Below are positions 34,844-36,059 of a stretch of 36,059 bases of DNA, one piece after another. The translations under genes were made by a program, and so were the position numbers. This DNA is from Heptranchias perlo (lineage: Eukaryota), in contig NW_027138739.1 in NCBI RefSeq assembly GCF_035084215.1, positions 1 through 36,059 of the forward strand. Direction: 5' to 3'. The notes under the pieces are model-generated. The model was given only the letters and a program-made list of their open reading frames with translations. It made no database searches and was not told the DNA's origin. How positions within the stretch are numbered: the first letter of the stretch is position 1; each line of letters begins with the position of its first letter.

Positions 34844-35128
34844 CCCCCCGTGGTTCAATAGCTGTTTTCTATAGAAGTGTTAGACCTGTTATGTTCGGGC
34901 ATCTGAGTCAGCCTCCAGATCAGCTAACGATTGTTTAGATATTTCGCAAATCTATGAGACTATATCAGTGAATGAAGGATAATTACGGTTATAATCCGAT
35001 AATGGTGAATAACCTTAATACCGCTTGATACAAGTTGCAATATTTTTGAAGATTCTTTGAAGGGTTCAGTGACGTTATTGGATAAACAGGAAATGATGCT
35101 TTAGACTGTATGTGGCTCCGCAAATCGC

Positions 35129-35192
35129 AATAAATGCAGAATGAAAACCTCCTGACTTCCCGATTCGTTGTTTGTGTGCGTGTTATCTTGGT
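35129..35192 (+). terminator. Secretory-form polyadenylation signal AATAAA (35129-35134) with downstream GT-rich element
   Basis: AATAAA lies ~285 nt after the stop and is followed ~30 nt later by TTCGTTGTTTGTGTGCGTGTT. Confidence 0.7.
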
Positions 35193-35339
35193 GATGATGG
35201 TTTAAACCTTGATCCAGAAATCTATGGTGTCCATTGTCTAATATTCCACCTGTGCAACACGTTTCAATTCCCCAATTTTTTACAAACACTCGTGATGCTT
35301 TTAATCTGGTTACATTCATTCTCTGGTTTAAATTGACCC

Positions 35340-36059
35340 ATGAGTTATCGACCTGTGAACGGAATTAATAAAGGTCGACTAACATCCGGTCACCCTTTCG
35401 AATGACAATTATTGACCAAGGCTGTTGATTGCCTGGTTCGATTCTTATCCATCCAGTCGTTGCTTGGGCATCTCCCGCAATGACTTCTTTTCCCGCTCCC
35501 ACACCGTTACCTCTGGAGTCCCCCCACCGATCTATATTTGGATCCTCCTATTTCTCATCTTCGTGCTGCCCGTTGGCTACGTCATCTGAAAACAAAATGT
35601 CAGATTCTGCATGTATGCTGCCGACACCCAATTGTAACCCACTAGCACCACTCTCGATCCCTCCACTCTCTCTGATTTGTCACACTGCTTATCCGACATC
35701 CAGTATTAGATGAGCAGACATTTCCTCAAATTAAATATTGCGAAGACCAAAGCCATTATCTTTGGTCCCCACCACCAACTCTGTTCCCTCGTCACCGACT
35801 CCATCTCTCCACCTGCCCACTGTCTGAGGCTGAATCCCACTGTTCGCAGCCTCGAGTTCCTTATTGACCCTGAGCTGAGTTTCTGACCCCAGATACTCTC
35901 CATCACCATGACCGTCTACTTCCACCTCCAGAACGTCGCCCGTCTCTGCGGCTGCCTCAACCCATCTGCTGCTGAAACTCTCATCCATGCATTTGTTACC
36001 TCCAGACTTGACTATTCCAATGGTATCCTGGCCAGCCTCCCAGCTTCTATCCTCCGTAA
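35340..36059 (+). mobile_element. L2-like LINE RT fragment running off the window end
   Basis: FLKLNIAKTKAIIFG and AETLIHAFVTSRLDYSN codons are present, homologous to the minus-strand copy at 24230-24630. Confidence 0.8.

Overview
This is eukaryotic (cartilaginous fish, shark-like) genomic DNA containing one complete, apparently intact IgNAR heavy-chain-only antibody cluster on the + strand. The gene has an octamer/TATA promoter (~15993-16025), a leader exon (16120-16162), a single already-joined in-frame V-(D)-J exon (16304-16654) with no RSSs or separate D/J segments, five constant exons (C1 26051-26368, C2 27894-28196, C3 28273-28590, C4 33013-33333, C5+secretory tail 34461-34843) and a poly(A) signal at 35129. 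All six introns are GT-AG and phase 1. The spliced CDS is 2037 nt (678 aa + stop) with no disruptions. No transmembrane exons are recognisable in the window. The rest is mostly decayed CR1/L2 LINEs, SINE fragments, MITE-like inverted repeats, minisatellites and a CT microsatellite, and most ORF-track entries are LINE fragments or noise. The most notable observations are: (1) a fully pre-rearranged, putatively germline-joined type II VNAR with a fixed amphipathic CDR3; (2) a 71-bp CAC...GTG palindrome with a 5-bp target-site duplication and two RSS heptamers in the C3-C4 intron; (3) a minimal hammerhead ribozyme motif in a Penelope-like remnant; (4) three minisatellites that arose from LINE coding sequence; and (5) an octamer/Ets/IRF-rich candidate intronic enhancer. 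Repeat boundaries were read by eye and are approximate.
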